Shown here: piece by piece, positions 45,807-53,711 of the stretch
Position numbering within the stretch: position 1 is the stretch's first letter
Layout: every line of letters starts with the position of its first letter
Assembly (NCBI GenBank): GCA_965221955.1
Contig: CBDCTA010000022.1
Coordinates: forward strand, 192,001-256,000
Reading direction: 5' to 3'
DNA: 64,000 nt
From: Gammaproteobacteria bacterium
GTDB lineage: Bacteria > Pseudomonadota > Gammaproteobacteria > UBA4575
Program-made: the position numbers and the translations under genes
The notes under the pieces: model-generated
The model's input: the letters and a program-made list of their open reading frames with translations, nothing else
What the model was told of the DNA's origin: nothing
Database searches by the model: none

Positions 45807-45819
45807 AGATCATTTTAAA

Positions 45820-45849
45820 AATGTCCGCATTCAGCCAATAGCGGACATT
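45820..45849. repeat. Inverted repeat between pyrD and the PPOX-like gene
   Basis: AATGTCCGC-ATTCAGCCAATA-GCGGACATT. Confidence 0.7.
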
Positions 45850-45855
45850 AAAACT

Positions 45856-46401
45856 TTAGTTATCCAGGCCGGGAAGACCATCCACACTTTTTGTATTTTT
45901 ATCTGAACGATATTCAGCAAGCTCTTCTAGACTTCTAGTATCTGCCCAACGCTTCAAATCATCTCTATGGGATTTGAAATTCATAAGTGGCACTCCCATT
46001 CCACATGAGTCGCTTATACGTTCAACATTGATTTTAATAATTGATCTAGAACCATTGTGAGATGAGAAATTGCCAATCAAGCTATTATATTCTTTGTCAG
46101 ATGGCAGAATGATTTGTCCTTTTCCATGTAAGCGTATGATTTTCGGTGCACCTTCAAAAGCACAAAACATTATCAATATACGTTTATTCTCTTTGATATG
46201 GGAAATCGTCTCTATTCCGCTTCCTATGTAATCTAAATACGCGACAGTATGTTGGTCAATTATATGAAATGTATCCCCTCCTTTAGGTGAACAATTTACA
46301 TGCCCGTTTTCTGACAATGGAGCAGTTGCAACAAAGAAGATATTTTGTTTCTTAATCCATTTAGAAATATCTGAATCGATTTTTTCATACACTTTCCCCA
46401 T
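45856..46401 (-). CDS. Pyridoxamine 5'-phosphate oxidase-like FMN-binding protein
   Basis: FFVATAPL..GHVNCSPKG, YLD..GSG.ETI.H, MFCAFEG.P.I.RL, SCG.GVP. Confidence 0.85.
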   Translation of the reverse strand: MGKVYEKIDSDISKWIKKQNIFFVATAPLSENGHVNCSPKGGDTFHIIDQHTVAYLDYIGSGIETISHIKENKRILIMFCAFEGAPKIIRLHGKGQIILPSDKEYNSLIGNFSSHNGSRSIIKINVERISDSCGMGVPLMNFKSHRDDLKRWADTRSLEELAEYRSDKNTKSVDGLPGLDN

Positions 46402-46462
46402 ATTGTTACTTCACCTTAATGATTTATTACTGCCGTTTAAATGTTGTTATTTTGCAAATACT

Positions 46463-46495
46463 AGATTGCCTCGTCACTGCACTCCTCGCAATGAC
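46463..46495. repeat. Half of a widespread palindromic repeat (GATTGC...CTCCTCGCAATGAC type)
   Basis: AGATTGCCTCGTCACTGCACTCCTCGCAATGAC, recalled as similar to REP/RPE-like elements; no second copy seen in the window. Confidence 0.5.
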
Positions 46496-46576
46496 TAAGC
46501 TGACCACAAAATTTTTAATTCTGAGACAATAATTAAATTCCGAGATTAGTTTCAATTCACCTAACTTTAATCTGAG

Positions 46577-46617
46577 GCAACATCCCTGTTGCAACTCTTA
46601 TTCGCATATCCCTATGC
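46577..46617 (-). promoter_or_regulatory. Two GGGA-loop hairpins (candidate CsrA/RsmA sites) in the ntrC 3' UTR
   Basis: Minus strand GCATA-GGGA-TATGC (46617-46604) and GCAACA-GGGA-TGTTGC (46592-46577). Confidence 0.55.
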
Positions 46618-46622
46618 TCACA

Positions 46623-48035
46623 TTATGACTGAAATAGCCCTAACTCCTGAATCTTCCTCGTTAGTGTATTCCTACCCCAACCCAAAAGCTTTGCAGCTTC
46701 TTGGCGTTTACCACCGGTTTTACGCATCGCAGCTTTAATCATCACCGTTTCAAATTCCGGTAATGCTCGCTCTAAAATCGCATCACTGCCTTTTGATAAT
46801 TCACGATTCGCCCATTCGTTTAATAAAGCTTGCCAACTCGCAACATCCGTTACAGACATTTCATCTTTTAACATCTCAGCAGGTAAGTCTTGCATACGGA
46901 TTTCATTACTAGAGGCCATAACCGTTAACCAACGGCAAACATTTTCTAGTTGGCGAATATTTCCTGGCCAAGTGAGTGCACTAAGATATTCAACAACTTC
47001 GTCAGAAATCTTTTTAGTCTCAGTTTCTAATTCTTTGGCCGACACTTTCATAAAGTGCTGCATAAGAGCAGGAATGTCTTCTTTACGGTCCCGTAAAGGT
47101 GGTAACTGAATACGAATGACATTTAAACGGTGAAATAAATCTTCACGAAACTCGCCATTGCGTACGCGCACTTCTAAGTTTTGGTGCGTGGCTGCAATGA
47201 TGCGTACATCTGCCTTAATAGGCTCATGCCCACCGACACGATAAAAGTGTCCATCCGATAACACACGTAATAAACGTGTTTGCAAATCTGCAGGCATGTC
47301 ACCAATTTCATCTAAGAATAAAGTGCCACCATTCGCTTGTTCAAACCTTCCTTTGCGTTGAGCTTGCGCACCCGTGAAAGCACCTTTCTCATGACCAAAT
47401 AATTCTGACTCCAAAAGTTCGCGAGGAATTGCAGCCATATTAAGCGCAATAAATGGCCCATGCACACGCGGGCTATTGTCATGCAGTGCATGTGAAACTA
47501 ACTCCTTTCCTGTTCCAGAAGCGCCGTTAATTAAAACAGTGACATTGGAATGCGATAATCTTCCGATGGCACGAAACACTTCCTGCATGGCAGGTGACTC
47601 ACCAATAATACCAGGCAGCTCTTCAGAGGATTCTTCTGTTGCATCACTACTTTCTTCATCCACCGCCAAACATGCGCGCTTTGTAAGTTCTACAGCCTCT
47701 TTAACATCAAACGGTTTAGGCAAATATTCAAATGCTCCTTTTTGATATGCCCCTACTGCACTTTGTAAATCAGAATGTGCTGTCATGATGATGATCGGCA
47801 GTGCAGGGTGATCGGCTTTGATGCGATCTAAAAATTCAAAGCCATTCATTCCTGGCATACGTACATCAGTGAGGATGGCTGTCGGTACATTAGTTTCTAA
47901 TTCATGTATAGCCGTGTTAGCGGATTCAAATGTCATTACAGGAATTTCTGCTTTTTGAAATGCTCGTTCTAACACCCAACGCATGGCTTGATCATCATCA
48001 ATTACCCAAACTTTATTTTCTCTCATAGTATTCAC
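46623..48035 (-). CDS. ntrC: Nitrogen regulator NtrC (GlnG), sigma54 enhancer-binding protein
   Basis: Receiver DDD/DVRMP, GASGTGKE, ESELFGHEKGAFTGA, HTH AAKLLGWGRNTLTRK. Confidence 0.97.
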   Translation of the reverse strand: MNTMRENKVWVIDDDQAMRWVLERAFQKAEIPVMTFESANTAIHELETNVPTAILTDVRMPGMNGFEFLDRIKADHPALPIIIMTAHSDLQSAVGAYQKGAFEYLPKPFDVKEAVELTKRACLAVDEESSDATEESSEELPGIIGESPAMQEVFRAIGRLSHSNVTVLINGASGTGKELVSHALHDNSPRVHGPFIALNMAAIPRELLESELFGHEKGAFTGAQAQRKGRFEQANGGTLFLDEIGDMPADLQTRLLRVLSDGHFYRVGGHEPIKADVRIIAATHQNLEVRVRNGEFREDLFHRLNVIRIQLPPLRDRKEDIPALMQHFMKVSAKELETETKKISDEVVEYLSALTWPGNIRQLENVCRWLTVMASSNEIRMQDLPAEMLKDEMSVTDVASWQALLNEWANRELSKGSDAILERALPEFETVMIKAAMRKTGGKRQEAAKLLGWGRNTLTRKIQELGLFQS

Positions 48036-48036
48036 T

Positions 48037-49200
48037 TTATTGTTTTAGGCTAAAATTATTTTTGCCATTTAATGGCAGTAAAATTCTAAATTCTGTATGT
48101 CCTAGACTTGAGTCAAATTCTATCAAGCCATCATGTAAATTAATTAGATTTTGTGAAATAGGTAGACCTAAACCTGTCCCGTCTTCACTTCCTGAAACCA
48201 TAGGGAAAAATATTTGCGACTTTAACTCTTCATTTATTCCGCCACCGTTATCAATCACACTCACCTCTACTACTAAACGATGCATCACATCGCCAATCGT
48301 GTATTGCCGCAAAACTCGTGTTTTTAAAATAACCTGTCCTATTGAATCATCTTTTTTATTTTCAACCGCGCATACTGCGTTACGAACAATGTTTAAAATC
48401 GCTTGCACTAGTAAGTCATGATCAGCATGTACTTCTGGAATACTAGGATCGTAGTCGGTTTTAAATTTTACTCCAAAAGGTGTTTCCGCAAGCGCTAAGT
48501 GACGTATATGCTCTAACACATCATGAATGTTAAGTGGTTTTTTCGTCGGCGTGACGTTTGGACCGAACATGCGATCGACTAATTTACGCAATCGATCTGC
48601 TTCACTGATTATGACGTCGGTATATTCACGTAAAGATTTTTCATTTAACTCTCCTGCCAATAACTGTGCCGCCCCGCGCAAACCACCAAGAGGATTTTTA
48701 ATTTCATGCGCTAAACCACGCAGCATATTTTGTGTTGCTTGAGTTTCAGACAACAGATGCTCTTCGCGACTGATACGCACCATACGGTCGACTTGAATGA
48801 TTTCTAACAAACAGATGGCTTGTTTATCTTTAGCGAGCATCGGAGTGATTGAGCAGTCAATCGTGATGTCGCCTCTACCAATATGCTTCATGACGACTTC
48901 GCGCTGTGTCATAGGGTGACCTGTTTGCATAGAAGTTTGTATATGCTTAAGTAACTGATCATCAGTATCTTGAATAAAGTCTGTAATCGGTCGATGCAAA
49001 GCATGTCGAATACCCGTGCCCACAATTTCTTCACCCGCAGGGTTCAAATATTTAATGTGTAAATTTTTATCAACTAAAAACACTGCCATCGCAAGGTTAT
49101 CTAAAATCCTTTGCGGCTGCGTTTTATGTTCGGAAACCTGTATGTTCGCTGGCATAAGAGCAGGGAGTTCTCCAAATATATTCGTTGCGGTTTTAGTCAT
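48037..49200 (-). CDS. ntrB: Sensor kinase NtrB (GlnL)
   Basis: PAS domain, GLAHEIKNPLGGLRGAAQLL, DYDPSIP, IFFPMVSG, GTGLGL. Confidence 0.96.
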   Translation of the reverse strand: MTKTATNIFGELPALMPANIQVSEHKTQPQRILDNLAMAVFLVDKNLHIKYLNPAGEEIVGTGIRHALHRPITDFIQDTDDQLLKHIQTSMQTGHPMTQREVVMKHIGRGDITIDCSITPMLAKDKQAICLLEIIQVDRMVRISREEHLLSETQATQNMLRGLAHEIKNPLGGLRGAAQLLAGELNEKSLREYTDVIISEADRLRKLVDRMFGPNVTPTKKPLNIHDVLEHIRHLALAETPFGVKFKTDYDPSIPEVHADHDLLVQAILNIVRNAVCAVENKKDDSIGQVILKTRVLRQYTIGDVMHRLVVEVSVIDNGGGINEELKSQIFFPMVSGSEDGTGLGLPISQNLINLHDGLIEFDSSLGHTEFRILLPLNGKNNFSLKQ

Positions 49201-49222
49201 AGCAGGTCCTCAACTACTTACC

Positions 49223-49238
49223 TGCAATAATCGATCCA
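49223..49238 (-). promoter_or_regulatory. sigma54 -24/-12 promoter of ntrBC
   Basis: Minus strand TGGATCGATTATTGCA (GG-N10-GC). Confidence 0.6.
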
Positions 49239-49265
49239 ACAAATTTCAATACCGTAGTTGAATAA

Positions 49266-49278
49266 AATCAACGACTTA
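49266..49278 (+). promoter_or_regulatory. IHF site
   Basis: AATCAACGACTTA matches WATCAANNNNTTR; lies between the NtrC site and the sigma54 promoter. Confidence 0.6.
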
Positions 49279-49295
49279 GCATAAAAGCAGGCTGA

Positions 49296-49358
49296 AATAT
49301 GCACTATTATAGTGCATATTGAGAATTAATATTGTGCGATTCGCACTATTTTAGGGCT
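49296..49358. promoter_or_regulatory. NtrC binding sites upstream of ntrB
   Basis: Palindrome AATATGCACTA-TTA-TAGTGCATATT (TGCAC-N7-GTGCA core at 49300-49316) and weaker CGCACTATTTTAGGGCT (49342-49358). Confidence 0.8.
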
Positions 49359-49398
49359 GAAAGTGGATGTTGCCCCAAATATAGACGATTACCGAGCG

Positions 49399-50058
49399 CT
49401 AATTTGCAGGTGGTGGGGGCGGAGGTGGCGTTGCTGGTCTATTAAATTTTGTATTACTAGGGAATTTTTGGTTGGTTGCAGTAGTGTCTGAGTCGCCTCC
49501 ATCATTATCAGAAGAATCGCCTTGTACGTTTTGCAATGCTGAAAACCGTTGCAAGGTGAATGTAACTGGAGTAGCACTAATCTTAGTGCTGCCATTTGCA
49601 TCAACCACTTTAACTCCAATTGTATGTGTACCACGGTCAACATTTTTCAATGCCGTGATGGTACTGGACCCGCTATATACTTCCGTACCATCTATTGTTA
49701 CTACATATTTGTGGCCAACACGTGTTTGCAATGCAGGGGAAGCTTGGAAATTTATAGTGATGTTTCCTTGATTGTTTCGAACTGTAGAATCATTAGTAGG
49801 TGAAGTAATCGTTAGCGCAGTGTACTTATTCTTGTCTTCTAACTCTGTATTAGTAGAAGTAGTACGAGGTGTGCTTGCTAGGGGTTTAGTAGGTATAAGT
49901 GTGGGAAGTTCATCCGTTTTAACTGTTTCAGCATTCGTACACCCACTAGGTGAATCAGTATAAATGGTTTTACCATCAGCATCTTTGCAGGTATAGATCT
50001 CCGCCTGCACATTCGCACAGAATACAATCAACATAAAGATGATAACGCTACGTTGCAT
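49399..50058 (-). CDS. DUF4124-type secreted protein with Ig-like domain and Pro-rich tail
   Basis: Signal peptide ..VQA|EIYTCKDADGKTIYTDSP, ITSPTND..VRNNQG, NVDRGTH, poly-Pro end; ATG 50058 after GAGGGAG. Confidence 0.8.
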   Translation of the reverse strand: MQRSVIIFMLIVFCANVQAEIYTCKDADGKTIYTDSPSGCTNAETVKTDELPTLIPTKPLASTPRTTSTNTELEDKNKYTALTITSPTNDSTVRNNQGNITINFQASPALQTRVGHKYVVTIDGTEVYSGSSTITALKNVDRGTHTIGVKVVDANGSTKISATPVTFTLQRFSALQNVQGDSSDNDGGDSDTTATNQKFPSNTKFNRPATPPPPPPPAN

Positions 50059-50137
50059 ACACACTGCTCCCTCGTTATTACAACGAATATTACTCTTGAT
50101 ATTGAATAAGACCCAGGAAAAGTGTCTCAAGTTGCAT

Positions 50138-50177
50138 AAAAAACGCCCCGAAAGCCGAAGTGGCCCGGAGCGTTTTT
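50138..50177 (-). terminator. Intrinsic terminator after glnA
   Basis: Minus strand AAAAACGCTCCG...CGGGGCGTTTTTT. Confidence 0.75.
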
Positions 50178-50202
50178 AAAGTAAATTGAACTAAACAGTG
50201 AC

Positions 50203-51612
50203 TTAACAGCTATAGTACAGCTCAAATTCAATTGGGTGAGTTGCCTGGCGTAAAGCAGTAACTTCATCCATCTTCAGTTCGATATAGCCATCGATACAAT
50301 CATCAGAGAATACCCCTCCAGCTTTTAGGAAGTCTCGGTCATTGTCCAAAGCCTCTAATGCTTGGTCGAGCGATGAACAAACCGTAGGAATGTTCTTTTC
50401 TTCTTCAGCCGGCAGGTCATATAAATCTTTATCGTTTGCAGGACCTGGATCAATTTGATTTTGAATACCATCAAGTCCAGCCATCATCATCGCTGCAAAA
50501 GTAAGATATGGGTTACCAGTTGGATCACCGAAACGCACTTCGATACGTCGTGCTTTAGGGTTTGATTCATAAGGAATACGTATCGACGCAGAACGATTGC
50601 GTGCAGAGTAGGCCAACATTACTGGTGCTTCAAAGCCTGGTACTAACCGTTTGTAGCTATTTGTACTTGCGTTTGAGAAGGCATTAATGGCACGTGCATG
50701 TTTGATGATGCCTCCAATGTAATACATCGCGGTTTGCGATAAGTTTCCGTAGAGATCACCTTGAAACAGATTGTTGCCTTCTTTAAACAGTGACATGTGC
50801 ACATGCATACCACTACCGTTATCACCTACAATGGGTTTGGGCATGAATGTTGCTGTCTTACCATAGTTGTGTGCAACATTGTGTACAACGTATTTTAAAA
50901 TCTGGTTCCAATCTGCACGTTCAACAAGTGTGTTGAATCTAGTTCCAATTTCACATTGTCCTGCGGTTCCTACTTCGTGGTGATGCACTTCAACCGCAAC
51001 CCCCATTTCTTCTAATACTTGACACATTGCAGAACGTAAGTCTTGTAAAGAATCGACTGGAGGAACAGGAAAGTAACCGCCTTTAACACCTGGACGGTGG
51101 CCAATGTTGCCATCTTCAAAATGTTTTTGTGAGTTCCACGCTGACTCATCGGAATCTACTTGAAATGATGCGCCAGACATTTCATTGCTCCACTTCACAT
51201 CATCAAACACAAAGAATTCTGGTTCAGGCCCAAAGTACGCCGTATCCGCAACACCTGTTGAGTTCAAATAGGCCTCTGCGCGTTTAGCGACTGAACGTGG
51301 GTCACGCCCATAACCTTCCATAGTTGAAGGCTCTAAAATGTCACAGCGTAGGATTAATGTAGAATCGCTAAAGAAAGGGTCCACCACTGCAGTCCCCTCA
51401 TCGGGCATTAAAATCATGTCTGACTCATTAATACCTTTCCATCCAGCGATAGATGAGCCATCAAACATTTTACCTTTTTCAAAAATGTCTTCTTCTACAG
51501 TTGAGGCAGGTACAGAAACATGTTGCTCTTTGCCTCTGGTATCAGTAAATCGGAAATCAACGAATTGCACATCGTTGTCATTGATCATTTTCATCACATC
51601 ACTCGCGGACAT
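50203..51612 (-). CDS. glnA: Glutamine synthetase type I
   Basis: [46 protein letters not shown], adenylylation motif DLYDLP. Confidence 0.99.
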   Translation of the reverse strand: MSASDVMKMINDNDVQFVDFRFTDTRGKEQHVSVPASTVEEDIFEKGKMFDGSSIAGWKGINESDMILMPDEGTAVVDPFFSDSTLILRCDILEPSTMEGYGRDPRSVAKRAEAYLNSTGVADTAYFGPEPEFFVFDDVKWSNEMSGASFQVDSDESAWNSQKHFEDGNIGHRPGVKGGYFPVPPVDSLQDLRSAMCQVLEEMGVAVEVHHHEVGTAGQCEIGTRFNTLVERADWNQILKYVVHNVAHNYGKTATFMPKPIVGDNGSGMHVHMSLFKEGNNLFQGDLYGNLSQTAMYYIGGIIKHARAINAFSNASTNSYKRLVPGFEAPVMLAYSARNRSASIRIPYESNPKARRIEVRFGDPTGNPYLTFAAMMMAGLDGIQNQIDPGPANDKDLYDLPAEEEKNIPTVCSSLDQALEALDNDRDFLKAGGVFSDDCIDGYIELKMDEVTALRQATHPIEFELYYSC

Positions 51613-51719
51613 TGGATTCTCCTTAGCTACGACTCTTACGTTTTATAATGTAATTTTTACAGTGTAATTCTTATGGTTGTAACTAATTGCTAGTTACATT
51701 CATATACTAGGTGTACTTA

Positions 51720-51735
51720 AGCACATAGCGTGCCA
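51720..51735 (-). promoter_or_regulatory. sigma54 promoter of glnA
   Basis: Minus strand TGGCACGCTATGTGCT (GG-N10-GC with near-consensus TGGCACG). Confidence 0.85.
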
Positions 51736-51821
51736 TTGCACTCTATTGAGGCCTGTACTCAAGCAACTGCGGCATTATACGCAGCTTTTGGTGAAGATGT
51801 AGGCGCACCAAAGTTTTTTTC

Positions 51822-51859
51822 TGCACCATTACAGTGCTTCAAAGCACCAAGTTGGTGCT
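51822..51859. promoter_or_regulatory. Tandem NtrC enhancer sites
   Basis: TGCACCATTACAGTGCT (51822-51838) and AGCACCAAGTTGGTGCT (51843-51859), plus half site GCACCA at ~51805. Confidence 0.85.
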
Positions 51860-52143
51860 TTAACAATTTAGTCTACAAACCACAATTGGATTGTTTGTCC
51901 AAACCTTTTTATTAAAGCAGAAGTACAGATATACAAATATTCCATTAAAAAGTAGTGGTTAAATACATAAATTAGAAGCTTTTAGAAAAATATGCTTTTG
52001 CCGAGATTTGTCACCAAAAGCCCTTTTGCGTAGACAAATTTAGTCCAAGTGCTAACTACGTCACATTCTTAAAATAGCATCATTTTCTTGTAACTAACTC
52101 TCCATCAGTAGGTTACTGAATTTACTCAATCCATCACTCAATC

Positions 52144-52159
52144 TGGCATAGGCCTTGCT
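52144..52159 (+). promoter_or_regulatory. sigma54 promoter divergent from glnA
   Basis: TGGCATAGGCCTTGCT (GG-N10-GC); predicted start ~52170. Confidence 0.8.
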
Positions 52160-52225
52160 CTATAGATATTAGAAACTTTTGAATGTGCTCGGGATGAGCA
52201 TAGTAACCACGACACGGAGGTCAAT

Positions 52226-52345
52226 ATGGGCGTATCAACAGATGTATTCACAACTGTGTATATCGTTTGGATCGCCGCAAGTTTGGCAGCATTAGCTTGG
52301 GCTTATCGAAACGCACTTAAAGAAAAATTTTGTGGGCACAAGTAA
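52226..52345 (+). CDS. 39-aa single-pass membrane peptide (not in ORF track)
   Basis: GGAGG SD 5 nt before ATG; MGVSTDVFTTVYIVWIAASLAALAWAYRNALKEKFCGHK has a hydrophobic segment followed by a basic tail; double TAA stop. Confidence 0.65.
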   Translation: MGVSTDVFTTVYIVWIAASLAALAWAYRNALKEKFCGHK

Positions 52346-52657
52346 TAAAGTTAAACCCGGTGAAAGTTTAGAAAGGATTCATTTATAAAGCACGGATGCT
52401 TTTTTACACACACGGAAATGTGTGCAATGAAATGTAGAGTGGTGCGATGCGTTGGCTAGCACAGTAGGGAACACTTAAGACAAGGATTGTCGCCTCTACA
52501 CTTTTCAATTTAATGAAGTTGTAACCTCAGGACGAGATACAACTTGCAAGGACGCAAAACTAGATAGCTCAAGATTGTTAATCAGGGGAGTTTTATCTAA
52601 ACCGACTTAGGGAAGAGGGCTGCGTGACAAGGATGTCTTTTTCGCAGCACCGATAGT

Positions 52658-52685
52658 AAAGGCAAGCAGCTCGCTTGCCTTTTTT
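52658..52685 (+). terminator. Intrinsic terminator of the GGA-rich RNA
   Basis: AAAGGCAAGC-AGCTC-GCTTGCCTTTTTT. Confidence 0.9.
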
Positions 52686-52787
52686 ATTTCTCACCAAAAT
52701 TTAAGAATTCTCCATAAATACTGCCATTTACTGGTAGCCGTTGCGACGCATCGCTATACTCACGCTGCAATCGTAGCCAGCAAAATC

Positions 52788-53711
52788 ATGTCAGAGACTC
52801 CAACTAAAAATAAGCTCATCAGCTTTCAACAGCTCATTCAAAGGCTCGAACAGTTTTGGGCCGCGCAGGGTTGTGTCATTGAGCAACCCTATGACCTGGA
52901 AATGGGGGCCGCGACCTTTCACCCCAGTACGTTCCTACGCGCCATCGGCCCTGAAAGGTGGCGTTCTGCTTATCCGCAACCTTGTCGGCGTCCCACTGAT
53001 GGGCGTTATGGTGATAACCCCAATCGTTTACAGCGATACTTTCAATTTCAAGTCGTACTGAAACCTTCTCCGGATAATATTCAAGACTTATATATAGAGT
53101 CGTTAACTTCTCTAGATATCGATCCTTTAGTGCACGACATCCGTTTTGTTGAAGACAATTGGGAATCTCCAACGCTTGGCGCCTGGGGCTTAGGTTGGGA
53201 GGTATGGCTCGACGGCATGGAGATTTCGCAGTTTACTTATTTTCAGCAAATCGGTGGTTTAGATTGCAAACCTGTTACGGGTGAAATTACTTATGGTTTA
53301 GAACGTATTGCAATGTATCTACAAAATGTCGATAGTGTTTATGATTTAGTTTGGTCACAATATGGTGAAGACAAAATACTTTATCGCGATGTTTATCATC
53401 AAAATGAAGTAGAACAATCTGCCTATAATTTTGAACATGCCAACACAGAAGCATTGTTTAAATACTTCGATGCTAGCGAGAAAGAATGTCAACAATTAGT
53501 AGAACATGAAGTGCCTGTTGCAGCCTATGACCATGTGCTTAAATGTTCACATGCATTTAATTTATTAGATGCACGCCAAGTAATTTCTGTAACCGAGCGC
53601 CAGCAATACATTTTACGTATTCGTAAGCTCGCCCAAAGTGTTGCTAATAGCTATTTTGAAAGCCGCGAAAAGCTTGGCTTCCCTCTAGAAGATAAAAGCT
53701 CTTCCTCATGA
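52788..53711 (+). CDS. glyQ: Glycine--tRNA ligase alpha subunit
   Basis: [43 protein letters not shown]. Confidence 0.98.
   Translation: MSETPTKNKLISFQQLIQRLEQFWAAQGCVIEQPYDLEMGAATFHPSTFLRAIGPERWRSAYPQPCRRPTDGRYGDNPNRLQRYFQFQVVLKPSPDNIQDLYIESLTSLDIDPLVHDIRFVEDNWESPTLGAWGLGWEVWLDGMEISQFTYFQQIGGLDCKPVTGEITYGLERIAMYLQNVDSVYDLVWSQYGEDKILYRDVYHQNEVEQSAYNFEHANTEALFKYFDASEKECQQLVEHEVPVAAYDHVLKCSHAFNLLDARQVISVTERQQYILRIRKLAQSVANSYFESREKLGFPLEDKSSSS

Larger units (their letters stand above)
52170..52685 (+). ncRNA. CsrB/Rsm-like GGA-repeat regulatory RNA (dual-function, contains a small ORF)
   Basis: About 12 GGA motifs, most in short hairpin loops (e.g. AAAGC-ACGGAT-GCTTT, GACA-AGGAT-TGTC, TGC-AAGGAC-GCA, GAC-AAGGAT-GTC), bounded by a sigma54 promoter and a strong terminator. 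Confidence 0.75.

Noticed and set aside
49405-49432. G-rich run GGTGGTGGGGGCGGAGGTGGCG as a G-quadruplex or repeat
   Set aside because: It is the reverse complement of the poly-proline tail codons of the DUF4124 protein
51730-51915. 61-aa ORF in the glnA upstream region
   Set aside because: Overlaps the sigma54 promoter and NtrC sites, has no SD and no recognisable protein features
52545-52602. GGACGCAAAAC...GATAGC...TCTAA resembles pieces of a c-di-GMP-I (GEMM) riboswitch
   Set aside because: No upstream GGCAAAC or GAAA-tetraloop stem, and the pieces are in the wrong order; better explained as one of the GGA hairpins
52371-52640. Regularly recurring motifs suggesting a CRISPR array
   Set aside because: Only the 3-5 nt GGA core recurs, stems differ, spacing is irregular and no cas genes are present
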